DNA of 64,000 bases from Acidimicrobiia bacterium (lineage in GTDB: Bacteria; Actinomycetota; Acidimicrobiia; Spongiisociales; UBA5794): positions 6,372 through 70,371 of the forward strand of contig BTQL01000004.1 of the NCBI GenBank assembly GCA_036985855.1, given 5' to 3'. Below the pieces are notes generated by a model. That model was not told where the DNA came from, ran no database searches, and worked only from the letters and a program-made list of their open reading frames with translations. The position numbers were made by a program, and so were the translations under genes. This document shows, piece after piece, positions 46,908 to 56,004 of this stretch (position 1 is the stretch's first letter; each line of letters opens with the position of its first letter).

Positions 46908-48701
46908 TCAGCGATCGGTCCGGTACCACTCTTCGATGTTCCAGGTGTGGGATGCCTGAGACGGGTTCATCTTGAACCCTCCGATCTCGTCAGTCCACAC
47001 CGCGCCCGCTGTCAGTCTCTGCACGATCGGCAGTATCACCGCTTGGTCCGCGAGGATCTCCTCTGCTTCTCGCACGAGTGCAACGATCTCGGCTTCGTCG
47101 ACCGTCGTGTTCATCTCCTTGACGATCTCTGCGAATCGTTTCGTATTCTCGTCTCTGACGTCTGATCCCCGGGTGCCCCACCGGTAGAAGTTTCGGCCCT
47201 TCGGCGGCCGGCTGCTCGGATCGAAGACGTCATGAAAGGCGACGAGTCCTGCCAGTCCTGGTGACCCGACCCATGCCCACTGCCCGATGTCCCACGAGCC
47301 TTCGTCGAGCATCTCGCCGAAGAACACAGACGAGTCTTTGAGTTCGAGTTCGAACGGGATGCCTGCTTCGGTCATCATCTCCTTGTACAGACGGGCTAGT
47401 CGTGGCCGCTCATCGGCGTTGCTGGTAGTGGTGAATACAGCCGAACACTCGCGGCCGGTCTCTGCGACAGCGATCTGGTAGAGGGCCCGGGCGGTGTCGG
47501 GATCATACGGGTATCGGCTCCAGGCGTCCGTTGAGATGGAAGGCGTGAATGCGTCGACGTACGATTGCATTGCCGTTCCGTAGCCGGGGTACCAGGAATT
47601 CGCCGCGGCGTCCCGATCGATGGCGTGCATGACCGCCCGACGGAACGCCAGATTATCGTTGCATGAGTCGGGGGATAGGTCGAGCCGACTGTTGGAGAAC
47701 TGGAAGTTGACGTGTTCCCATACGGGTCCAGGGATGACCTCGATGACCGCACCCTCAGCTTCGAGCTTCTTGAGCGGCTCGATGGCCCCCTCGAGCCAGG
47801 GAGGCGGCTGGATGACGTCCACCTCGCGCGCCTTGAACGCGCGGATGATCTGTTCTGTCTCGGGGATGATCCGAAACTCGACGCCGTCGAGGTAGGGGAG
47901 TTGCGTGCCGGTCGCGGGATCTGTCTTCCAGTAGTTCTCGTTGCGGAGGAAGGTGACGGTCTTGTTCTTCTCGAAGGTGTCGAGGACGAAAGGTCCGCCG
48001 GATGGCCACGTCGTCGTGTTCCAGTCCTCGGCAAAGTTGCTGCCTTCGACAGCATGTTTCGGGATCAGCCATTGGAAGAGTGCCTCATGTTTCATCGTCG
48101 GACGTCGGAGGGTCAGCGAGAACGTCCTGTCGCCGACCTCAGAGGCGATGATCGCTGCGTCCGTGTAGGTTCCCCGTCCTGATGAAGACTCGGCCTCAAT
48201 GGCGAGGGCCGTATCCACTGTGAACTGGAAGTCGTCTCCGGAGATCGGTGTTCCGTCCGACCACACGGCCTCGTTCCGGATGCGATAGGTCACGGTCATC
48301 GTACGGTTGCGGTTCACCACGATCCCGCCGTTGGCGACGGTTGGGAGCTCAGTGACGACTTCGGGGGTCCGCTCGAGTGTGTACCCGTCGATGTCCCATG
48401 CACCGGTGAGCCAGGCCTGACCGATGATCGAAACGATGAAGTTGTCGCCACCCGGTGCGAACGGATTCAGCGTTGGCGGAAACTGGTCGTCAGCGATGAT
48501 CACCGTCCCGCCATAACCGGGCCCGGATGGCGCACGGGTGGTGGTCGTCGTTGACGACGAAGTCGTGGTCGTTGGAGGTGCCTTCACCGTCGTGGAGGTC
48601 GTTGTCAATGTCTCGGGAGGCGCGACTGCGTCGTCGACAGAGCCAGTGCATGCTGCCACCAGAAAGGCCAGGGCTACGCCACCTACGAGCATTCGCCTCA
48701 T
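46908..48701 (-). CDS. ABC transporter substrate-binding lipoprotein, family 5 (peptide/nickel, DppA/OppA-like)
   Basis: Lipobox LVAAC, a Thr/Ser-rich linker and an SBP_bac_5 fold. No permease or ATPase genes are adjacent. Confidence 0.85.
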   Translation of the reverse strand: MRRMLVGGVALAFLVAACTGSVDDAVAPPETLTTTSTTVKAPPTTTTSSSTTTTTRAPSGPGYGGTVIIADDQFPPTLNPFAPGGDNFIVSIIGQAWLTGAWDIDGYTLERTPEVVTELPTVANGGIVVNRNRTMTVTYRIRNEAVWSDGTPISGDDFQFTVDTALAIEAESSSGRGTYTDAAIIASEVGDRTFSLTLRRPTMKHEALFQWLIPKHAVEGSNFAEDWNTTTWPSGGPFVLDTFEKNKTVTFLRNENYWKTDPATGTQLPYLDGVEFRIIPETEQIIRAFKAREVDVIQPPPWLEGAIEPLKKLEAEGAVIEVIPGPVWEHVNFQFSNSRLDLSPDSCNDNLAFRRAVMHAIDRDAAANSWYPGYGTAMQSYVDAFTPSISTDAWSRYPYDPDTARALYQIAVAETGRECSAVFTTTSNADERPRLARLYKEMMTEAGIPFELELKDSSVFFGEMLDEGSWDIGQWAWVGSPGLAGLVAFHDVFDPSSRPPKGRNFYRWGTRGSDVRDENTKRFAEIVKEMNTTVDEAEIVALVREAEEILADQAVILPIVQRLTAGAVWTDEIGGFKMNPSQASHTWNIEEWYRTDR

Positions 48702-48790
48702 GTACCGAGGATATCATCTCGGCCATCAGACACCAGGTGCCAGACACTTCGAAACGGGCATCTAGTAATAGTGAGGTCGTTCGTTCGCGC

Positions 48791-48846
48791 CCGTTCTGTG
48801 GGCCGTGGACCGCACTCACTCCGGTCCAGAACCCTGGGTTGAGTAC
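48791..48846 (+). repeat. Structured interspersed repeat, copy 3
   Basis: CCGTTCTGTGGGCCGTGGACCGCACTCACTCCGGTCCAGAACCCTGGGTTGAGTAC. The stem carries compensatory changes relative to copy 2 (GGACCG/CGGTCC vs AGACCG/CGGTCT). Confidence 0.8.
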
Positions 48847-48871
48847 CAGGTCTTGCGCCATACTTGGTGGC

Positions 48872-49963
48872 ATGCGGTTTGCCATGGTGATTGCGGTGCT
48901 GGCTCTCGTCGCCGGCGCGTGCACCGGGTCAGGTTCCCAACCCGTCCCCACCTCTGTGCCGGATGCATCTACGACGCTCGGCACGTCGACGACCTCTAGG
49001 CTGTCGGACACGACCTCGACATCCCAGGCTGCAACTACGACGGTTGAACCGTCCGTTGCGACCGACAAGGCGCCTGAGGTGTTCCAATACGCTGTGGTCG
49101 CCGAGAAGGAAGCTCGCAGACTCGCGGTCATTGATCCGAATGGGGCGTGCGCCGACAATGGCAACGGCTGTGATCTGACTCCGGTTCGAACCGTGGATCT
49201 GTCCGAACGACCGCACAACCTCACCAGCATCGGTTCGGTTGTGTACGCGACTCACCCGGACGCACGGTCGATGTCCCGGATTGACATCGTCACCGGCGAT
49301 GTTCTGACGGTAGCGATCGGGCGCGAACCTCACGATGTCAAATATGACCCAATGTCCGGCGCGATGGTCGTGGCGGATGAGGCCGGACGATCTCTCCTCA
49401 CCGTCGATCCGGAAACCTTGGCTGTCATCGACACACTTGATCTTCCGGGCGAACCCCACGATCTCGCCATCGGCGATGGTGTCATCTGGGTCACTCTCAT
49501 GCGTCGCAGCGAACTCGTCAGAGTCACCGGCGATACAGTCGAGTTGTTGCCAGCCGGTGGCTCACCGCACGATCTCATCGTGGATCTGGACGGGTCTATC
49601 TGGTACTCCAACTGGGGCTCGAAACGTCTCAATATCTTCGATCCTGCCTCCGGAGTCACACCGGAGGCGCCCGTCGGCGTTGGTGAGCCCCAGCACTTCG
49701 CCGTTTCCCCCGAAGGGGCGGTCTGGATATCTGACATCGCCGGTGACGCGATTGTTGGGTTCACTTCGGAGCAATCGGTGACGGTAGACGTCGGACCCTC
49801 CCCGCACCACCTGGCGTTCGTGGGCGACACGATCGTGGTCGCAGTCAGCGGCTCCGGTGAAGCCGTGTTCGTGAGAAACGGACAGGTTGTTGCGAGATCG
49901 CAACTCACCCCCGGCCTGCACGGGGTCGCAGTCGTCGAGCTGACGCAGTTCTCTGGGCCCTAG
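48872..49963 (+). CDS. Secreted lipoprotein with predicted beta-propeller (YVTN/NHL-like repeats)
   Basis: Lipobox LVAGAC, a Thr/Ser-rich linker and repeated 'PH(D/H)L..(D/G)' strand motifs. It is bracketed by repeat copies 3 and 4, and its TAG stop lies inside copy 4. Confidence 0.6.
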   Translation: MRFAMVIAVLALVAGACTGSGSQPVPTSVPDASTTLGTSTTSRLSDTTSTSQAATTTVEPSVATDKAPEVFQYAVVAEKEARRLAVIDPNGACADNGNGCDLTPVRTVDLSERPHNLTSIGSVVYATHPDARSMSRIDIVTGDVLTVAIGREPHDVKYDPMSGAMVVADEAGRSLLTVDPETLAVIDTLDLPGEPHDLAIGDGVIWVTLMRRSELVRVTGDTVELLPAGGSPHDLIVDLDGSIWYSNWGSKRLNIFDPASGVTPEAPVGVGEPQHFAVSPEGAVWISDIAGDAIVGFTSEQSVTVDVGPSPHHLAFVGDTIVVAVSGSGEAVFVRNGQVVARSQLTPGLHGVAVVELTQFSGP

Positions 49964-50000
49964 ACCGGACTCAGTGCGGTCCAGAACCCTGGGTTTGCGG
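49946..50000 (+). repeat. Structured interspersed repeat, copy 4
   Basis: GCAGTTCTCTGGGCCCTAGACCGGACTCAGTGCGGTCCAGAACCCTGGGTT. It sits between convergent genes (lipoprotein stop and nrdJ stop). Confidence 0.8.
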
Positions 50001-50004
50001 GTTC

Positions 50005-53000
50005 TTAGCTGCAGCCTTTGGAGTCGCCGCAGTTGAGGCAGCGGTAGCAGGAGCCGTTGCGGATCGTGATGTGACCACAGGTGTCACACAGGGGGGCATC
50101 ACCCATCTTGTCTGCGAGCAGCGCCTGGACCGCTGCTGTTTGGACCTCCTGCGCTGAGTGGGCTGCTTGCGGTGCGACGGCCGCTGGCACCGACGCAACG
50201 GATGTTTGCGGAGCAGGCGTCGATACGCTGTCGGCGAACTTCGCTGCCCTCATCTGTGCCTCGATGTCGCGTTCCATCGCAGCTTCCGTCAGGTCGAGTT
50301 GGAGCCCGGCATCCACAGCGGCTCCCTTCGGAGGCTCGGGCAGATCACCTGTGCGATCTGGTGGAACCTGGGCGAGCTCGTCCCTGTGGAGGTACTCGAC
50401 CCCCAGCGCTCTGAACACGTAGTCGATGATCGAGTTCGCCATCTTGATGTTCGGGTGCCCTTCGACCATGCCCCGTGGCTCGAACGTCTGGAACGTGAAC
50501 GTGTCGACGTACTCCTCGAGCGGAACACCGTATTGGAGCCCCTTGCTCACCGCAATGGCGAAACATCCGAGAATCCCCCGCAGCGTTGCGCCCTCTTTTG
50601 CGAGATCCAGGAAGACCTCGCCAAGCGTGCCGTCCTCATATTCGCCCGTGCGAAGGAAGACCTTGTGACCGCCGATACGTGCTTCCTGAGTGAATCCAAC
50701 CCGTCGTGACGGCAGAAGGAACCGGGGTCTCGGCATCGCTTCGTACGCCTCGGTAGGGGACATACCTGGTCGGTACATCCCGCCAAAGATGTCTACCTCG
50801 CGCTCGATCGCTGCGGTGATCTCATCGGGTTCTTCGTCGGACGTGCCTTCGTCGGACGTCGATGACAACGGCTGGGATGCTTTCGAGCCGTCCCTGTAGA
50901 GCGCCATCGCCTTGAGTCCGAGCTCCCAGGACATCTGGTAGGACTCCTCGATGTCCGCGACCGTTGCCTCGTTCGGCATGTTTATGGTCTTTGAGATCGC
51001 ACCCGAAATGAATGGCTGTGCGGCAGCCATCATCTTGATGTGCCCGATGTGATGGATGTAGCGTTCGCCGTACTTACCGTTCTTGTTGGCCGTATCGAAC
51101 ACCGGGAGGTGCTTGTCCCTCAGCCCGGGAGCACCCTCGATTGTCTGACGCCCGCAGATGACGTTGTTCGCCTCATCGATCTCAGCATCGCTGAAGCCGA
51201 GGGCGGAAAGCATGTTGAACCCGAGACCGTTGTACTCCTCTGCGGTGAAACCGAGACGCTGCATCGTCTCTTCGCCCAATGTCCACTGATTGAATGCGAA
51301 ACCGATCTCGAACACGCCGGGAAGCGTTGCTTCGATCTTGTGAAGGTTCTCATCCGTGAACCCTTTTGCGCGGAGTGTCTCAGCGTTGACGCTTGGTGCC
51401 CCCTCGAGGCTCATCGTGCCCAAGACGTAATCGATGATGGTGCTGATCGCCGTTTCGTCGTACCCGAGGCGCGCAAGTGCCGGAGCAACAGACTGGTTGG
51501 CGATCTTGAAGTAGCCGCCCCCAGCGAGTTTCTTGAACTTCACGAGTGCGAAGTCAGGCTCGACACCTGTGGTATCACAATCCATCAGGAGCCCAATGGT
51601 GCCCGTAGGCGCTAAGCATGTGGACTGTGCGTTGCGGTAGCCGTGCTCTTCGCCGCGCGCTACTGCCGTGTCCCATGCGTCGTGGGCGAAGGCCAACATA
51701 TCCGCGGGGCACACGTCTTGGTCGATACCGACGACGGTGTGGCCAATGGCGTCGTACTCAGACTGGTCGGCGTCGTAGGCAGCCTTCTGGTGGTTTCTCA
51801 TCACACGGAGCATCGAGTCGGAGTTCTCGTGATACAGAGGGAACGGCCCAACGACGGAGGCCATCTCCGCAGAAGCTGCATAGGAGTAACCCGTGAGGAT
51901 CGAAGTCAATGCACCGGCGATAGCGCGACCCTCGTCGGAATCATATGCGATGCCCATCCGCATGAGGATGGAGCCGAGGTTTGCGTACCCGAGGCCGAGC
52001 GTGCGGTAGTCGTAGGAACCCTGGGCAATGGCTTCAGACGGGAAGTGTGCCATCGTCACCGAGATCTCGAGAACGATCGTCCAGAGGCGGATTGCGTACT
52101 TGTAGCTCTCGAGATCGAAATCACCGGTTGCGTCGTCGTAGAACGTGCCGAGGTTCACGGAGGCAAGGTTGCACGCCGTGTTGTCCAAGAAGAGGTATTC
52201 CGAACATGGGTTGGACGCCCTGATCTGACCGCCGGCGGGGGAGGTGTGCCACTCGTTGATGGTGGTGTGGAACTGGACACCTGGATCAGCCGACGCCCAA
52301 GCGGCTTGCGCGATCTGATGCCACAGATCACGTGCCTTGACGGTTTTCATCGGTGCGCCGTCAGTCCGACGCGTGAGATCCCAGTCTTCATCTGCCATTG
52401 CGGCATCGATGAACTCGTTTGTCATGCGGACCGTGTTGTTCGAGTTCTGACCCGAGACCGTGGCATATGCCTCGCCGTTGAAGTCCGAGGAGTAGCCACA
52501 GGCGATAAGGGCTTTGACCTTCTCTTCTTCGACAGCTTTCCAGTTGATGAACGTCTCGATGTCTGGGTGATCGACGTCGAGGATGACCATCTTCGCCGCC
52601 CGACGGGTGGTGCCGCCCGACTTTATTGCTCCTGCCGCGCGGTCGCCGACCTTGAGGAATGACATCAGACCAGACGACTTGCCTCCACCGGAGAGCGGTT
52701 CGCCCTCGGCCCTGAGATTCGAGAAGTTGGTTCCAGTACCTGATCCGAACTTGAAAAGGCGGGCCTCCCTGACCCAGAGATCCATGATGCCGCCAGCGTT
52801 CACCAGGTCGTCATCAACGGACTGGATGAAACACGCGTGGGGTGATGGCCTGCTGTACGAGTCGGGAGATGCGGTGAGCTCCTCGGTCTCGGGATCTACG
52901 AACCAGAACCCTTGCTCTGGTCCTTCTATGCCGTATCGATGATGCAGCCCCGTGTTGAACCACTGGGGGGAGTTCGGTGCCGCCATCTGGTGCAGAAGCA

Positions 53001-53391
53001 TGTAGGCGATCTCGTCCTCGAACACCTGCGCATCATGGGTGGAAGCAAAGTATCCGTTCTCCTCACCCCACCAACGCCACGTGGAGGCAAGGCGGTCGAT
53101 GACCTGGCGGGCCGAGTTCTCGGGTCCGAGTACCGGATCTCCGCTGTCGTCGACGATCGCGGTGCCCTTCTCATCGAACTGGGGTACACCTGCTTTGCGA
53201 AAGTACTTGGACACCATGATGTCCGCCGCCACCTGGGACCAGTCTGCGGGTATCTCAGCATCGGTCATTTCGAAGACGACCGACCCGTCCGGATTCGTGA
53301 TCCTCGAGTCCCGCCTCGACCATTGGACGGTGTCATACGGGTTTACACCCACGGTGGTGAACCGCCGTTCGATGCTGAGTCCTGCTGCCAT
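50005..53391 (-). CDS. nrdJ: Adenosylcobalamin-dependent (class II) ribonucleotide reductase
   Basis: Class II RNR core with a C-terminal Zn-ribbon (CDTCGHITIRNGSCYRCLNCG). The track ORF extends to 53463; MAAGLSIE at 53391 is the likely start. No intein signature seen. Confidence 0.9.
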   Translation of the reverse strand: MAAGLSIERRFTTVGVNPYDTVQWSRRDSRITNPDGSVVFEMTDAEIPADWSQVAADIMVSKYFRKAGVPQFDEKGTAIVDDSGDPVLGPENSARQVIDRLASTWRWWGEENGYFASTHDAQVFEDEIAYMLLHQMAAPNSPQWFNTGLHHRYGIEGPEQGFWFVDPETEELTASPDSYSRPSPHACFIQSVDDDLVNAGGIMDLWVREARLFKFGSGTGTNFSNLRAEGEPLSGGGKSSGLMSFLKVGDRAAGAIKSGGTTRRAAKMVILDVDHPDIETFINWKAVEEEKVKALIACGYSSDFNGEAYATVSGQNSNNTVRMTNEFIDAAMADEDWDLTRRTDGAPMKTVKARDLWHQIAQAAWASADPGVQFHTTINEWHTSPAGGQIRASNPCSEYLFLDNTACNLASVNLGTFYDDATGDFDLESYKYAIRLWTIVLEISVTMAHFPSEAIAQGSYDYRTLGLGYANLGSILMRMGIAYDSDEGRAIAGALTSILTGYSYAASAEMASVVGPFPLYHENSDSMLRVMRNHQKAAYDADQSEYDAIGHTVVGIDQDVCPADMLAFAHDAWDTAVARGEEHGYRNAQSTCLAPTGTIGLLMDCDTTGVEPDFALVKFKKLAGGGYFKIANQSVAPALARLGYDETAISTIIDYVLGTMSLEGAPSVNAETLRAKGFTDENLHKIEATLPGVFEIGFAFNQWTLGEETMQRLGFTAEEYNGLGFNMLSALGFSDAEIDEANNVICGRQTIEGAPGLRDKHLPVFDTANKNGKYGERYIHHIGHIKMMAAAQPFISGAISKTINMPNEATVADIEESYQMSWELGLKAMALYRDGSKASQPLSSTSDEGTSDEEPDEITAAIEREVDIFGGMYRPGMSPTEAYEAMPRPRFLLPSRRVGFTQEARIGGHKVFLRTGEYEDGTLGEVFLDLAKEGATLRGILGCFAIAVSKGLQYGVPLEEYVDTFTFQTFEPRGMVEGHPNIKMANSIIDYVFRALGVEYLHRDELAQVPPDRTGDLPEPPKGAAVDAGLQLDLTEAAMERDIEAQMRAAKFADSVSTPAPQTSVASVPAAVAPQAAHSAQEVQTAAVQALLADKMGDAPLCDTCGHITIRNGSCYRCLNCGDSKGCS

Positions 53392-53449
53392 AGGTTTCCT
53401 TCTCTCGGTCTCGTGCCACGCATCCGGGCGGTATATCCACAGACTTGTC

Positions 53450-53510
53450 CACATGCGCAACATGTTGTGTCCTATATGGCTCCATACCCACTACATGTTG
53501 CGTGGTTGCA
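53450..53510 (-). promoter_or_regulatory. Candidate tandem NrdR boxes upstream of nrdJ
   Basis: A perfect palindrome ACAACATGTTGT at about 53457..53470 and an imperfect second copy CTACATGTTGCG about 33 bp away, in a 280-bp AT-richer leader. Both resemble the remembered NrdR-box consensus (acaCwAtATaTwGtgt). Confidence 0.4.
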
Positions 53511-53674
53511 CGAGTGTAATTACATTTGTGTCACTCGTCAAACACCATCCGAGTCGTCTCGTACTTGTCCGATCCGGGGGAAGATATGTCATTTGTAGCG
53601 GCCCGGTGTGACACATTGCCAACCGAGCAGCAACCCACTTTTCGCGAAGGTGGACACTTTTCGCGCCCTCGCCC

Positions 53675-55111
53675 TCAACCGACGACCGATCCGTCGTCTA
53701 TGTTCGCTCTCTCGCGAAGCGTTGCCCGTACAGCCTCGATGTCTGCCGGACACGTCTTGGACGCCTTCCAGTAGCACCAACCCGTTGGCAGGAAGAACAC
53801 CTGAAACAGAGAGAGGCCGAGGGCAAGATTGAACGGCGGCGGGAGGGTCTTTCGAATCGTGTCGGCCGTGACGGTTGTCAATCCCGTTCCGACCGCACGG
53901 CCGATGCCGTTGATGAAATTTCCGACGCCGAATACGGTGCCGCGGTGTTCAGGGACGTTCACATCCGAGATCAAGGCAAACCAGTTCGGTGAGTCGGCTG
54001 AGGTGAGGGCGAGGGCGATGATCGCCGACAAGAACGCGAGCGCGACCCAAGGGTTCGTGACGATTGCGGCGAGAACCTCAGGGACGAACGTTGCTGTGCT
54101 TGCCCCGTCTGTCACCTCCAGGCCGCGCAACGGTACCCAGAAGAAGACGAGGAAGAACGGAATGGCCCCGAGGATGCCGATGGCAGAAACGTATGCCCTT
54201 CCGGATAGATTCCGCCGCTGCCATCGGTCGCCGATGTGGCCGAAGAGAATCGAGAACAGAGCGCCGACCGTGAACAGAGCGGCGAACAGACCGCCTACTT
54301 GTTGACCGGTGGCTTGTGAGTATCCCTCGGCGATGACTTTCTCCTGGTAGAGCAACGGCACCCACACGAGCGATCCGTAGGCGACCTGTGCGGTCAGCCC
54401 CTGGAGAACGAGCCAGGTGTTCGTTTTGACCGCTCGAAGGTCTTCGATCTGTCCGGCGTCGATCGAGTATTCATACGTCTCGCCCCTGGCGTACATCTCC
54501 TGAAGGTCGGGTTCCTTGTACCCGCGGGGTGCGTCGAAGGTCGTCAGGAATAGGAGCGAGAACAGGAAACCTGCAGCGGCGAGGATGACGAACGGAGCTG
54601 TATGGTTTTGAGCTCCGGCTTGAGACGCGAGCAGGCTTCCGACAAGCGAACCGATCCCCTGGCTGAGCCCCCAGAATGACATCGCGAGTCCGCGTCTCCT
54701 CGGTGCGATGAAGTCGGAGATGACAGAGAACCCGACCGACGCGATCGATCCGAGGCCGATACCAGCGATGATCTGGAGGCCCAACAGTGACCAGTACGAA
54801 GTTGTGAACCCGGACAGGCCAACGGCAGCCGACCAGATGACCGTGCCCCACAGGAGCAGTTTCTTGCGGTCCCTCGAGTCAGCGAGATATCCCCATACGA
54901 CTGCCGTCACCGCGGTCACCAATATCTGTGCCCCTGTGAGGACTCCGATCGCTGTTGTGCTCACATCGAAGGTTTCGCGTAGTCGGGGAACCATCGAGGG
55001 GATGAGGGCGATCGCCGCGTTGTCGAGTGAAGCAAGGATGACGAACACGACGATCGTATAGACGACGTGGGTTGTGCCGCCCCACCAAGCGCGGCTCACG
55101 GTGGTTGTCAT
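53675..55111 (-). CDS. MFS transporter
   Basis: 478 aa with 12-14 TM helices and an MFS motif A-like 'GYLADSRDRKKLLLWG'. Confidence 0.85.
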   Translation of the reverse strand: MTTTVSRAWWGGTTHVVYTIVVFVILASLDNAAIALIPSMVPRLRETFDVSTTAIGVLTGAQILVTAVTAVVWGYLADSRDRKKLLLWGTVIWSAAVGLSGFTTSYWSLLGLQIIAGIGLGSIASVGFSVISDFIAPRRRGLAMSFWGLSQGIGSLVGSLLASQAGAQNHTAPFVILAAAGFLFSLLFLTTFDAPRGYKEPDLQEMYARGETYEYSIDAGQIEDLRAVKTNTWLVLQGLTAQVAYGSLVWVPLLYQEKVIAEGYSQATGQQVGGLFAALFTVGALFSILFGHIGDRWQRRNLSGRAYVSAIGILGAIPFFLVFFWVPLRGLEVTDGASTATFVPEVLAAIVTNPWVALAFLSAIIALALTSADSPNWFALISDVNVPEHRGTVFGVGNFINGIGRAVGTGLTTVTADTIRKTLPPPFNLALGLSLFQVFFLPTGWCYWKASKTCPADIEAVRATLRERANIDDGSVVG

Positions 55112-55138
55112 GTTCGTATCGTGGCAGCGATCCGAACG

Positions 55139-55414
55139 CTAATCGGCGGGCATTTCCTCGATTCCGGCCGGCGGGTTGCCGTCGACGATCGTGTCATCTG
55201 TCACCGGTGGCTGCGGTGGTGCGGACTGCTTGGGACCTTTGCCGAAGGGTGCCCATGCCGCAAGGATGAGCCCAAGGAGGAGTCCAAGCAGGGGCAGAAT
55301 CCAGATCAGGTCAGAATGGAGTGGGATGACGCCGTAGAGAACCAACGTCAACCCACCGAACAGGCCGAACAAGAAACCTGCCACGATGCCAAGAATCGGT
55401 CGACCCTTCATCAT
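55139..55414 (-). CDS. Small membrane protein, unknown
   Basis: 91 aa with two TM helices. Coupled by an ATGA overlap to the upstream secreted protein. Confidence 0.4.
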   Translation of the reverse strand: MMKGRPILGIVAGFLFGLFGGLTLVLYGVIPLHSDLIWILPLLGLLLGLILAAWAPFGKGPKQSAPPQPPVTDDTIVDGNPPAGIEEMPAD

Positions 55415-55959
55415 GTCACCTTCCTCTTCACACCGGCCCCCAGTGTTGCCACACCAAATACCAGCGCGCCGATCGCGCTGATGATTGCGGCGGCCCCGGG
55501 ACTACCTGCGAGTTTCATCGTCACCGCGACAACACATGTCTGCCCGAGTTGCGTGTGCGAAGCTGTGACTTCAAGCTGTACGCCGCGCGGAACGAAACCG
55601 GGGACTTCGTAGGTATAGGCTCCTGAATCGGAGACCTCGACGGTGTCCCCGTCCCAGTCCGCAACTGCCCAATTGAAGCGTGGGAGTCGAACCGACACAG
55701 CCCCGAAGAACGGTACTTCGTTGGGGGGTGCAGGAAGGTTGATGTTGCCCGCCCACTGGACCGTGTCCTTCTCCGGCACGACTACGACTTTGCTCAGTGG
55801 TGTGCTTTCTGTCACCGTCGTGTTGTCCGTGAACGCGGCACTTCCCGTGCACTTGCCCTGGAACACCTCGGCGTTCGCCGGTGCGGCGAGGCCAACCACC
55901 CAGAATGCAGTGATGGTTCCGAGCAGCACAAGACTCGCCGCTTTTCGTCTGTCTCCCAT
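55411..55959 (-). CDS. Secreted/membrane-anchored hypothetical protein
   Basis: Signal peptide (..AAPANA), a domain of about 120 aa, and a C-terminal TM helix. Confidence 0.4.
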   Translation of the reverse strand: MGDRRKAASLVLLGTITAFWVVGLAAPANAEVFQGKCTGSAAFTDNTTVTESTPLSKVVVVPEKDTVQWAGNINLPAPPNEVPFFGAVSVRLPRFNWAVADWDGDTVEVSDSGAYTYEVPGFVPRGVQLEVTASHTQLGQTCVVAVTMKLAGSPGAAAIISAIGALVFGVATLGAGVKRKVT

Positions 55960-56004
55960 GTTTCTGCCTCCCTCTTCGTATCACGATAGACGGTCCTCGG
56001 TCGC

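Noticed and set aside
50005-53391. Intein or extra domain accounting for the large size of NrdJ (about 1130 aa)
   Set aside because: No intein block motifs (N-terminal Cys/Ser after an extein junction, C-terminal HN-C/S/T) were seen. The length is within the range of actinobacterial class II RNRs with a C-terminal Zn-ribbon.
53392-53674. Cobalamin riboswitch upstream of nrdJ
   Set aside because: No B12-box (rAGYCMGgAgaCCkGCcd-like) could be found. B12 riboswitches normally control the B12-independent class I nrd genes, not nrdJ.
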